Shown here: in pieces, positions 16,420-23,628 of the stretch
Numbering within the stretch: position 1 is the first letter of the stretch
Layout of the letters: each line of letters starts with the position of its first letter
DNA from: a virus
Lineage: Duplodnaviria > Caudoviricetes
Strand: one strand, 5' to 3'
Length of the DNA stretch: 29,319 nt
Virus record (IMG/VR): IMGVR_UViG_3300020045_005072
Location: 1 to 29,319 of that record
Made by a program: the position numbers and the translations under genes
Notes under the pieces: model-generated
The model's input: only the letters and a program-made list of their open reading frames with translations
Database searches by the model: none
What the model was told of the DNA's origin: nothing

Positions 16420-16619
16420 AATTTCTCAGTTATTAAATTAGTTAATGAATCTAAAACCCATTCTTGTAAATGGTTTATAATTGTATGTCCGTTAATTGAT
16501 ACGTTTAAGATTGTAATTGTACCTTTATAACCAGTACTTTCATCTGCTTCTGTAATTTCGCAGTAACATTCGTATTTTATACCCTCGTAATTTATATCGT
16601 AAGTTTCGTTTTTAAACAT
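16416..16619 (-). CDS. Hypothetical protein, 67 aa
   Basis: ORF track; overlaps both neighbours. Confidence 0.6.
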   Translation of the reverse strand: MFKNETYDINYEGIKYECYCEITEADESTGYKGTITILNVSINGHTIINHLQEWVLDSLTNLITEKL

Positions 16620-16878
16620 CTTTATATTCTTTTAAAAGTTGTAAAAATTCGGCTTCGGTTGCTTGTATATGATTTCTTGAAGCATCTAATCCTATAAAAA
16701 AATCTTCTTTATCCCAAAAACCAAAATGATGCTCTCCTTTGTATGTTCCATCAAAACTCCAACCACATACAAAATCCCAAATAGGCAACCCATTCTCAAC
16801 ACAAACTTGTTTCATTCTGTCGCATTGTTCTTGTGATTCCATAACCACGTAAACGTTAAATATATTTTTATCTTCCAT
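16612..16878 (-). CDS. Hypothetical protein (likely start MEDKNIF)
   Basis: ORF track 16612..16917; the second ATG minimises overlap with the upstream gene. Confidence 0.6.
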   Translation of the reverse strand: MEDKNIFNVYVVMESQEQCDRMKQVCVENGLPIWDFVCGWSFDGTYKGEHHFGFWDKEDFFIGLDASRNHIQATEAEFLQLLKEYKDV

Positions 16879-17101
16879 TGTCTTTTCCTTGTAAAATTCG
16901 TAGATACTCTGAGCCATCTTTCTTTAAATTTTCTTCAACACATTTGTCGAGTGCTTGTGTTTGCAATTGGTTGATAAATTCGTTTACTTGTTCTTTTGTA
17001 AATTCAAATTCTGTTTCTAAAATTACTCTTTCAATTCTGAGTTTCTTAGTTGGTAGTGTTCCAAATTTTGGTTTTGCTCCAGCGTTACGTTCGTTTGCCA
17101 T
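16868..17101 (-). CDS. Small putative DNA-binding protein
   Basis: N-terminal NERNAGAKPK resembles the R.GAGRKP motif of small phage regulators. Confidence 0.55.
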   Translation of the reverse strand: MANERNAGAKPKFGTLPTKKLRIERVILETEFEFTKEQVNEFINQLQTQALDKCVEENLKKDGSEYLRILQGKDNGR

Positions 17102-17103
17102 AG

Positions 17104-17346
17104 TTACTTATTTAATCGTTTTTTTTGTTGTTCTATTAAATCATAAATATCTGAATGTTTTTCAGTATGATAAAGTTTTGTTTCTAACATTAATATATTT
17201 AATATTGGGTCATCTAACTCAGAAGCTCTTTTAGCTATTAATCCAAGTTTGTTTTGAGTTATTTGCAAAGGCTTAATTAATGCCCACATACCTTTATTAG
17301 AACTAATTTCAACTAACATTTGCGGTATATCTATATTAAAATGCAT
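17104..17346 (-). CDS. Hypothetical protein (likely start MHFNID)
   Basis: The ORF-track start overlaps the promoter; ATG at 17344-17346 has the recurrent ATAGAAATTATG context. Confidence 0.65.
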   Translation of the reverse strand: MHFNIDIPQMLVEISSNKGMWALIKPLQITQNKLGLIAKRASELDDPILNILMLETKLYHTEKHSDIYDLIEQQKKRLNK

Positions 17347-17380
17347 AATTTCTATTTTTTTATTTGTTGTTATCTGAGTA

Positions 17381-17388
17381 CAAATATA
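17381..17388 (-). promoter_or_regulatory. Bacteroidota -7 promoter element TATATTTG
   Basis: Consensus match, downstream of a terminator. Confidence 0.65.
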
Positions 17389-17443
17389 CAACCATTTTTT
17401 AATTACACAACGTTTTAATTAATTATTTTGTGTTTTAATTGTT

Positions 17444-17462
17444 ATTTATATTAATTATAAAT
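17444..17462. promoter_or_regulatory. 19-bp palindrome ATTTATA-N5-TATAAAT (Fur-box-like, copy 1)
   Basis: Similar 19-mers occur at 20367 and 22727 in the same terminator-box-promoter context. Confidence 0.45.
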
Positions 17463-17488
17463 AAAAAAACCACCCTATTAGAGTGGTT
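17463..17488 (-). terminator. Intrinsic terminator
   Basis: AACCACTC-TAAT(A)-GGGTGGTT followed by a T-run. Confidence 0.8.
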
Positions 17489-17529
17489 ATATTTTAAAAC
17501 TTCCAAGTTGCCTTTATTCCGCCGTTAAA

Positions 17530-18072
17530 TTAAAAATAAACAAATAAAGTGATTGTAACTTCTTTTCGAAACTTTTTATATTCTCGAAGCTCATCTTCTG
17601 ATTGGTAAATTGAAAACTGCGAACCAATACCGAATTTATCATTTAAAAACTTATATTGTAATTCTAAATTAGAACCAAAAATAATTGGGTTTATAGTTAT
17701 TTTTCTATAGTTGTCAGGTTGGTTATAAGATGCATCAGGATGCGTTTTTATTATTTGACTAACTTCTAATCCACCATACACGTAAACGTTCTTAAAAACG
17801 GTTCTTTTTAAATCATATTGCATATATGTTATTTTTTCAAAATTGACCTCTTTATGATTTTTGTATTGTATCATTAATCGACTTTTTTCCCATTCAAAAC
17901 CAAAAGAAATTTCATAGTCTAAACTTGGTTTATTATTTTCTTGTTTCGGATGCGCTCCAATTGTAGCCATCTTTGGGTCAAAACCTAAACTAAAAAGAAG
18001 TTTAAAATTTCTACTTGTTTCTTGCGCACTTGCTAAATTCGTTAGCAATAATGCTAATAGTAGTTTTTTCAT
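17530..18072 (-). CDS. Predicted outer-membrane beta-barrel protein with Sec signal peptide
   Basis: MKKLLLALLLTNLASA|Q signal; alternating hydrophobic strands (YEISFGFEW, VYVYGGLEV, NLELQYKF); ends VTITLFVYF, a BAM beta-signal-like terminal Phe. Confidence 0.65.
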   Translation of the reverse strand: MKKLLLALLLTNLASAQETSRNFKLLFSLGFDPKMATIGAHPKQENNKPSLDYEISFGFEWEKSRLMIQYKNHKEVNFEKITYMQYDLKRTVFKNVYVYGGLEVSQIIKTHPDASYNQPDNYRKITINPIIFGSNLELQYKFLNDKFGIGSQFSIYQSEDELREYKKFRKEVTITLFVYF

Positions 18073-18075
18073 TAT

Positions 18076-18513
18076 TTAATAATTACAAGGGTGGTAAAAT
18101 CTATCTTTTAATTGTTTTAATACATCTTTTTTAATGTATTGTTTTAGTTTAGGAAACTTATTTAATAATTGTCCTAAATTTTCCGCTTCTATAAATTTAA
18201 TATTTCTACTGTCATTTATGTTTAAAACAGTTATGGTTATTTCTAATTTGTCATTTCTCAATAATGAAACAATACCTATTTGATTGTCTAAATAGAAGTC
18301 AGGAAAAACAACTGATTTTTTTCGCTTTTCATAATAATCAATTGCATCGTCTATATCAGGGTCGTAATCAGGATAAAAACAACTATCTTCTTGTTTAGGT
18401 CTTTTTAGTAAAACTCCATCCTCTGTAAAAACTCCGAACCAATTTAAAAATAATTGAGTTTCTAAAATTTCTTGTCTTGTTCTTTTTGTATTTTTTATTT
18501 GTGTAGCGTTCAT
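18076..18513 (-). CDS. Hypothetical protein, 145 aa
   Basis: ORF track; operon context. Confidence 0.65.
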   Translation of the reverse strand: MNATQIKNTKRTRQEILETQLFLNWFGVFTEDGVLLKRPKQEDSCFYPDYDPDIDDAIDYYEKRKKSVVFPDFYLDNQIGIVSLLRNDKLEITITVLNINDSRNIKFIEAENLGQLLNKFPKLKQYIKKDVLKQLKDRFYHPCNY

Positions 18514-18524
18514 TATTTTATTGA

Positions 18525-18686
18525 TTAGTTATTAATTTCAAATTCTAAATCGGCTATTTTATAACCTAATTCATTGCGTATTTCGTCTATTTCATCCAAA
18601 CTTCCTTGAATAGTTTTCAATAAATCTATTGCATCTTGAATTTTTAAAATAGATTGTTTTATTACATTTTTTGTTTCGTTGTCCAT
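18525..18686 (-). CDS. Small coiled-coil protein, 53 aa (not in ORF track)
   Basis: MDNETKNVIKQSILKIQDAIDLLKTIQGSLDEIDEIRNELGYKIADLEFEINN. Confidence 0.55.
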   Translation of the reverse strand: MDNETKNVIKQSILKIQDAIDLLKTIQGSLDEIDEIRNELGYKIADLEFEINN

Positions 18687-18725
18687 CTTCCTTTAATTTT
18701 TAGTTAATAATTAGTTATTGGGGGG

Positions 18726-18998
18726 TTAGGTATTTAAATAGTAATTATCTTTAAATATTTGCAATAGTTCTTCCATATTATCCGCTTTAGCATCTACACC
18801 AGTATTTAAACTTGTTAAAAACTCAACTAAACACCATTCAGCAAATTTAATAGTTAGGTCATCTTCTTTTTTACACTCTTCCGTATTAGCAAAATTTTTA
18901 ACCGCTAAATAACTATCAACCATTCTTTCGGCTTGTTCATCGGTACAACAACGCATTTTAATCTCGTAGTCAATAAGCCTTTCTCTTAAATCTTCCAT
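18726..18998 (-). CDS. Hypothetical protein (DD..IKFAEWC...ELLQ.FK module)
   Basis: ORF track; shares a module with 19465..19713. Confidence 0.65.
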   Translation of the reverse strand: MEDLRERLIDYEIKMRCCTDEQAERMVDSYLAVKNFANTEECKKEDDLTIKFAEWCLVEFLTSLNTGVDAKADNMEELLQIFKDNYYLNT

Positions 18999-19138
18999 TA
19001 GTAATTATTATTTAAAATTGTTTTGTTACTTATTTTTTGCTCAACTAATTTTTCATTTCTGCAATAATCTTTAAAAGATAATTTCATTAATGCCTTTGTA
19101 CATATTTTAGTCGCTTTAATCATTTGGTCTATACTCAT
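18998..19138 (-). CDS. Small hypothetical protein, 46 aa (not in ORF track)
   Basis: MSIDQMIKATKICTKALMKLSFKDYCRNEK...; TAATG coupling to the next gene. Confidence 0.45.
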   Translation of the reverse strand: MSIDQMIKATKICTKALMKLSFKDYCRNEKLVEQKISNKTILNNNY

Positions 19139-19199
19139 TTCTCTATTATTTTAAATTAACCCTAATTCTTGTGCAACGCTTTCTTTGATGTCGAGGTTG

Positions 19200-19478
19200 T
19201 TAAATTTCATAATTTTTGTATTTAGTGTTGTAGTAGGTTTCGAATGATTCGTCAAAATTTGATAATAATGATTCATTCCAAGCATCCTCAATAACTTGTT
19301 TTTCTTTTGGTAGGAGTGATTTAGCTTTCATTTTAACTAAAGTTGTAGCCGTCAATATAGCGTCAACTTCTTTCCTTTTAGTTTTATCGTTTTTCGCTAA
19401 TTGAATGTAATTTTTTTGTTGTAATTCAATAAGTTCTATCAACTCCATCATCGGTGTAAGTTCTTTATTCTTTTCCAT
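19200..19478 (-). CDS. Hypothetical protein (likely start MEKNKELTPM)
   Basis: ORF track 19200..19529; KEKQVIEDAW...YYNTKY module. Confidence 0.6.
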   Translation of the reverse strand: MEKNKELTPMMELIELIELQQKNYIQLAKNDKTKRKEVDAILTATTLVKMKAKSLLPKEKQVIEDAWNESLLSNFDESFETYYNTKYKNYEI

Positions 19479-19713
19479 AAATATTTTCTTTAAAGTACTG
19501 TTGTAGTTCTTGTGCGATTTCTTCATCACTTTTAGTAAAATCTATTTTATCGCCTAATTGACCATTTTTTAATTTTACACACCAAATCAATAGCTTAACC
19601 GAAAAATCATCTGTTATTTGTTCGCAAATAATTGCGTTTGCTTCTCCACTTCTAGATACGTCTAAAGGATTTTCTAACGTATAAGGTATAAACTTCTCTC
19701 TTAACTTACTCAT
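19465..19713 (-). CDS. Hypothetical protein, 82 aa
   Basis: ORF track; overlaps neighbours. Confidence 0.65.
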   Translation of the reverse strand: MSKLREKFIPYTLENPLDVSRSGEANAIICEQITDDFSVKLLIWCVKLKNGQLGDKIDFTKSDEEIAQELQQYFKENIYGKE

Positions 19714-20005
19714 TGTCTTTTACTTTTTTGATTAGTTGTTTAGCTTTGATTAATTGTCTACCTCCAATATTTTCGTCTGTATCAAATTCGCCTCTTTTGA
19801 ATAGATTAACTATATCTTCCAACATCGCCAACATTTCATTTCTCTGTTCCAACAACTCCAACAACTCGCAATTTATTTGTTGTTGTTGCCATTTATGACA
19901 TTGTATAAATCCGTTTATAAATGGTAAAACTTCGTGTGCATCTAACTTGAAATTTTCTGCAAAAGTTTCAGCAATTTCTTCAATAGTTCCTTCAAATTCG
20001 CTCAT
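19706..20005 (-). CDS. Hypothetical protein, 99 aa
   Basis: ORF track; F..GF....KWQQ and EMLAMLE...AKQLIKK modules. Confidence 0.65.
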   Translation of the reverse strand: MSEFEGTIEEIAETFAENFKLDAHEVLPFINGFIQCHKWQQQQINCELLELLEQRNEMLAMLEDIVNLFKRGEFDTDENIGGRQLIKAKQLIKKVKDNE

Positions 20006-20009
20006 AATT

Positions 20010-20159
20010 CTATTTTTTATCTATTTGGTTAATTATTTCTTTTAAACCCTCAGTAATTGAAACTCCATCTTTTAAGCGGATGGAGTAGTTTTGGGATTTT
20101 TGATTGAATGGTTGTATCTGAACAACTATTTTTGTCTTTGTGTCTTTAGGTCTTGGCAT
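20010..20159 (-). CDS. Small basic protein, 49 aa (not in ORF track)
   Basis: MPRPKDTKTKIVVQIQPFNQKSQNYSIRLKDGVSITEGLKEIINQIDKK; TAATG coupled. Confidence 0.55.
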   Translation of the reverse strand: MPRPKDTKTKIVVQIQPFNQKSQNYSIRLKDGVSITEGLKEIINQIDKK

Positions 20160-20296
20160 TACTTTAGATAATTTAAAATTACACTTCTTACGTAAGATAC
20201 TTCACAATTACATTTGTGAGCAATTAAATCATAGCTTATGTTTTCATCTTCATATAAGTCTATAATTTGTTGTTTTTTAGTTTTTTTAGTTTCCAT
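20159..20296 (-). CDS. Small helix-turn-helix protein, 45 aa; first gene of the early operon (not in ORF track)
   Basis: KKQQIIDLYEDENISYDLIAHKCNCEVSYVRSVI fits an HTH pattern (S...IA......SYV..V). Confidence 0.65.
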   Translation of the reverse strand: METKKTKKQQIIDLYEDENISYDLIAHKCNCEVSYVRSVILNYLK

Positions 20297-20324
20297 AATT
20301 TCTATGTTTTAAATTAATAATAAG

Positions 20325-20332
20325 CAAATATA
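20325..20332 (-). promoter_or_regulatory. Bacteroidota -7 promoter element TATATTTG
   Basis: Consensus match upstream of the early operon. Confidence 0.65.
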
Positions 20333-20366
20333 CAATTAAATCCGTATCTAAATACATTAACACTTA

Positions 20367-20385
20367 ATTTATATTCATTCCAAAT
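20367..20385. promoter_or_regulatory. Fur-box-like 19-mer, copy 2 (ATTTATATTCATTCCAAAT)
   Basis: Between terminator and promoter, as for copies 1 and 3. Confidence 0.4.
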
Positions 20386-20414
20386 AAAAAAAGCGATACA
20401 TTTCTGCACCGCTT
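20386..20414 (-). terminator. Intrinsic terminator
   Basis: AAGCGGTGCA-GAAA-TGTATCGCTT followed by a T-run. Confidence 0.8.
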
Positions 20415-20445
20415 AACTTAACCAAACCAATAAATTATGAAAAAC
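20386..20445 (-). ncRNA. Candidate ~55-60 nt small RNA
   Basis: Tandem TAATTTTG-TAAGTTTG at 20446-20461, then a 30-nt unstructured U/G-rich body and a terminator; no ORF on this strand. Confidence 0.4.
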
Positions 20446-20458
20446 CAAACTTACAAAA

Positions 20459-20911
20459 TTAAAACCTACCTACCAAATATTTTCTATAAAAATAATAAAT
20501 AGGTATAATTAGTAAAAACCATAATAGCCACCAATAAGAACTTTTACGCTCCGTTTCTTTTACCTTTTTATCAATCTTTGTTTCTGACTTTGTGTTAGCT
20601 TTTTTAACTACGTTATTTGCGATAACTTCCTTTTGCTCTAATACTATATTATTTTTCTTTTTTAACGTCTTAAATCGAACGTTTTTATATTTTTTACCGT
20701 CTATAACAATTTCTTTAGTATTGTCTATTGGTTCGATTATTTGCTCTGACGTATCGGTGCAATCAATTACTTTTACATTCGTTTCAATAATTGATTTATC
20801 CGTTATTGTTTCGCTCGTTTCTATTTTAACTTCTTCTTTGACTTTCTCGGTGTTTGTTTTACGCGAACCGCAAGAAGTTAGAATTAATAATAGGAATAGG
20901 TATTTTTTCAT
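20459..20911 (-). CDS. Lipoprotein with C-terminal TM helix; unimolecular-spanin-like
   Basis: Lipobox LTS|C at residue 14, polar beta-prone middle, C-terminal YWWLLWFLLIIPIYYFY followed by RK; downstream of the lysis genes. Confidence 0.65.
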   Translation of the reverse strand: MKKYLFLLLILTSCGSRKTNTEKVKEEVKIETSETITDKSIIETNVKVIDCTDTSEQIIEPIDNTKEIVIDGKKYKNVRFKTLKKKNNIVLEQKEVIANNVVKKANTKSETKIDKKVKETERKSSYWWLLWFLLIIPIYYFYRKYLVGRF

Positions 20912-21255
20912 AGTGTTTTATTTATATATTTAATTGCGTTTTCTCTATTTAAAGCCATAAAATAAATACAATTTTCTTTTTTAATAACTTTCTCTTTGGT
21001 TATAGTATCGGCATTATTCAAATCAATTTTTTTTGATATTTTATGTTGATGCATTTGAACGGCTTCAAACCAATATAAATCTGTCCTATGTGGCTCATAT
21101 TTTGCCAACTCTAAAGTTTTATCTTTAAAATTATATTCCCACATTAAATGATTTCTTTTAGGTCTTATTTTATTTTGTAATACTAAAGTTTGTTTCTTTT
21201 GTTGTTGTTTAACGATTTCTATTTTATCATTAATTTTTGGTTGTAGTTCTTTCAT
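20908..21255 (-). CDS. Hypothetical protein, 115 aa
   Basis: ORF track; 4-nt overlap with the downstream start. Confidence 0.65.
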   Translation of the reverse strand: MKELQPKINDKIEIVKQQQKKQTLVLQNKIRPKRNHLMWEYNFKDKTLELAKYEPHRTDLYWFEAVQMHQHKISKKIDLNNADTITKEKVIKKENCIYFMALNRENAIKYINKTL

Positions 21256-21409
21256 AACTTTTAGGTTTAAATTGATTTTCGTAATAATTATTATTTTTAA
21301 ATTTCGGTGCTATTATTTTTCTATAAACCTCGTTTACTCTTTCGGAATTTATACCTCTATTGTAATTCCAGTTCATAACTTTTTTTATTCTTTGGTAGGG
21401 TGTTTGCAT
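21230..21409 (-). CDS. Small hypothetical protein, 59 aa (not in ORF track)
   Basis: MQTPYQRIKKVMNWNYNRGINSERVNEVYRKII... Confidence 0.55.
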   Translation of the reverse strand: MQTPYQRIKKVMNWNYNRGINSERVNEVYRKIIAPKFKNNNYYENQFKPKSYERTTTKN

Positions 21410-21455
21410 AATATAGCGTTTTTAGTGTATAAATGTAGTTTATAGCTTTTTTAGG

Positions 21456-22661
21456 CTAAAAAATATAATTGTTAATAGTCTTTTGCTTTTCGTAATAGTT
21501 CATCGTTGTAAAGCTACTTTTTGTATTTTTAAAGTTAACCTTAACCCAATCGCTTGGAGGACTAAATGCACCAAAGTTTTGATATTCAAAAGATGTTGAG
21601 CTTGTAAAATCAAACATCAATTGATGACTATCCCCTTTGCCAAATTCAATTTGATATCCGTGCAATTTATATTCATCAATATAGTTCTTTATCTTTTCAA
21701 TTTGAACCGCGTCTAATTGTGGTTTAAAGCCAAATTTAAGACTTTTATCATCTTTTCCGTGTGTTAGTATAAAGCATCTATTTTCAATAATATAATGGTC
21801 AATAAATTTCCTTTGGTTAACTACTGAAACATTCTTATATTTTAATTCGATATAAGTTTTAAAAGCCGAATTTACAATATAACCAAAACTTCCAGCGTGA
21901 TTATCGTTACAAATATTTACAATGTGTATTTCTTTATAATACCGTAATAATGCGTCGATTAATGTAATTTTAAACTGCAAACCAACATCAAAAGCTTTTT
22001 GGTTATCCATATTTTGTGGTAATTCGTGACCGCCTCTTGTAGTCATTCCATTATACCCATCCATAAAATCTCCTAATTCATGCAGTAAAAGTGTATTCGA
22101 TTTTTGATTTTTTATGATTTCATTTACAAATATATCACGCCTTTTAAATAGTTCTTGTTCATTCCAAATGCCATCATATAAAGAATATCCATCACTAACT
22201 TTCATTCCTACGTGTACATCGGTTAAAATAGCTCTGTCAAATAATGCTTGTTCTATTACTTCTTTAGGATTAATTTCAATAGGCTTTATTTTACCCTCGA
22301 AATATTTTGAGAAGTCAATTTGTTCTAAATCTACTTTTGTTTCTTTTATAGGTTCTGTAATTACCCATTGTTGCTGGGTAGAAACATTTGTAGAAACTCT
22401 TTTGATTTCGTGATTTAAAGGAATATCGATTAACTCTTTAGGGCTTAGTTTTTCGATTGTAGATATTACTTTGCCTTTTTCGTTTAAAGTTCGTCTAACT
22501 TCTTTGAATTGAGTTTTGTGCAGTTCCCTTATTTTATCGAGTTGAACAACTTGTTCATCTGACAAATTATATTTAGGATTTCCTTTTTCTCTTTTATCTT
22601 TTGCGTCGAAACCTAATGCGACCGCTTCAAGATAAGTTAATCTAAATGTACGTTTTGTCAT
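21456..22661 (-). CDS. Calcineurin-like metallophosphoesterase with ~135-aa N-terminal extension
   Basis: Five motifs: TDVHVG, LGDFMDG, NDNH, THG, GDSH. Confidence 0.8.
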   Translation of the reverse strand: MTKRTFRLTYLEAVALGFDAKDKREKGNPKYNLSDEQVVQLDKIRELHKTQFKEVRRTLNEKGKVISTIEKLSPKELIDIPLNHEIKRVSTNVSTQQQWVITEPIKETKVDLEQIDFSKYFEGKIKPIEINPKEVIEQALFDRAILTDVHVGMKVSDGYSLYDGIWNEQELFKRRDIFVNEIIKNQKSNTLLLHELGDFMDGYNGMTTRGGHELPQNMDNQKAFDVGLQFKITLIDALLRYYKEIHIVNICNDNHAGSFGYIVNSAFKTYIELKYKNVSVVNQRKFIDHYIIENRCFILTHGKDDKSLKFGFKPQLDAVQIEKIKNYIDEYKLHGYQIEFGKGDSHQLMFDFTSSTSFEYQNFGAFSPPSDWVKVNFKNTKSSFTTMNYYEKQKTINNYIF

Positions 22662-22682
22662 AATTTATTTGTTTAAGTTCAT

Positions 22683-22690
22683 CAAACTTA
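22683..22690 (-). promoter_or_regulatory. Bacteroidota -7 promoter element TAAGTTTG
   Basis: Consensus match 21 nt upstream of the phosphoesterase ATG. Confidence 0.6.
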
Positions 22691-22726
22691 ATAAATTATA
22701 AATTATAAATTGCAATTTTGTAAGTA

Positions 22727-22745
22727 ATTTATAATGGTTTTAAAT
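22727..22745. promoter_or_regulatory. Fur-box-like 19-mer, copy 3 (ATTTATAATGGTTTTAAAT)
   Basis: Between terminator and promoter. Confidence 0.4.
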
Positions 22746-22771
22746 AAAAAACCACCTCGTTAGAAGTGGTT
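22746..22771 (-). terminator. Intrinsic terminator after endolysin
   Basis: AACCACTTC-TAAC-GAGGTGGTT followed by a T-run. Confidence 0.8.
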
Positions 22772-22856
22772 GGTGTTTTGGAAACTTAAATAATTTAGCT
22801 TGCCGACCATTTAAATATAAGTTTAACACATTTGCTCTACAAAGTAACAACAATTT

Positions 22857-23309
22857 TTATTTAGAAACAAAATAAATTGCACTTTCTTTTTCTCTACGAT
22901 TAACTAAACCTTGAATTACTTTTTTATTTGCTTTTACCCATTTTAAGAACTCGTTTTTAATCGTTACATCGTTTGGGTTGTTATTTAATTTTTTAAGTAA
23001 TGTAGACGTTGCAAATGCTCCAGTTCCTACGTTGTAAGCAAATGAAACTAAAGCGTTAAATTGATTTTGGTTTAATTCACTTGTTACCATTTCATCAACA
23101 CGTTTAGCAAACTTATCTGCTATCGCTTTGAATATTTCAAAGGCATACTCTTTCGTTATTGGTTCGTCTAATAAAGTCACTCTTTTACCATTTGGGTAAT
23201 AAGTATTTCCGTAACCTATTGTTGGAATTTTTGCACTGCATAAGTAAGGTTTTAATTTCAATCCCTCGAACTCACATATTAATTTATAACCGTTTTCGTT
23301 TAGTTTCAT
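22857..23309 (-). CDS. Endolysin, GH24 (phage lysozyme)
   Basis: FEG....Y.C....TIGYG (E-x8-C-x5-T), QNQFNALVSFAYNVG, GLVNRR..E. Confidence 0.93.
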   Translation of the reverse strand: MKLNENGYKLICEFEGLKLKPYLCSAKIPTIGYGNTYYPNGKRVTLLDEPITKEYAFEIFKAIADKFAKRVDEMVTSELNQNQFNALVSFAYNVGTGAFATSTLLKKLNNNPNDVTIKNEFLKWVKANKKVIQGLVNRREKESAIYFVSK

Positions 23310-23310
23310 C

Positions 23311-23628
23311 TTACTCTGTTTTAGTTCTTATTTTATTTAAAATACCTTTAGTTATTGCCTCAATTAAATCTTTACCGATAAAGTTTATAATTCGTGAATT
23401 TAAAAAAGATACCAAAGTTAAAACTGCATAAATGAACTCATCGCTCCAATCTAAAAATTGCTTTAACATAAAGTAGCAAAAAGCACTAATCCATAAAGCA
23501 CCAAACAACTCACGTATTAAACGCAAACGTGTTATTTTATCATTAGTAGTTCCAAATAATAATGATGCCGTTATCCCGATAAAACAAGCACCTAAAAAGT
23601 AAGGCAGTATTTCAATGTATTTTTCCAT
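23311..23628 (-). CDS. Putative holin
   Basis: Three hydrophobic segments, basic C-terminus, immediately upstream of the endolysin. Confidence 0.65.
   Translation of the reverse strand: MEKYIEILPYFLGACFIGITASLLFGTTNDKITRLRLIRELFGALWISAFCYFMLKQFLDWSDEFIYAVLTLVSFLNSRIINFIGKDLIEAITKGILNKIRTKTE

Noticed and set aside
19151-19210. 19-codon ORF MKFNNLDIKESVAQELGLI
   Set aside because: Too short to support from sequence alone; may be a gene remnant.
20062-20086. Inverted repeat ACTCCATC-N9-GATGGAGT
   Set aside because: It lies inside a small ORF, has no U-tract and no partner loop; may be chance.
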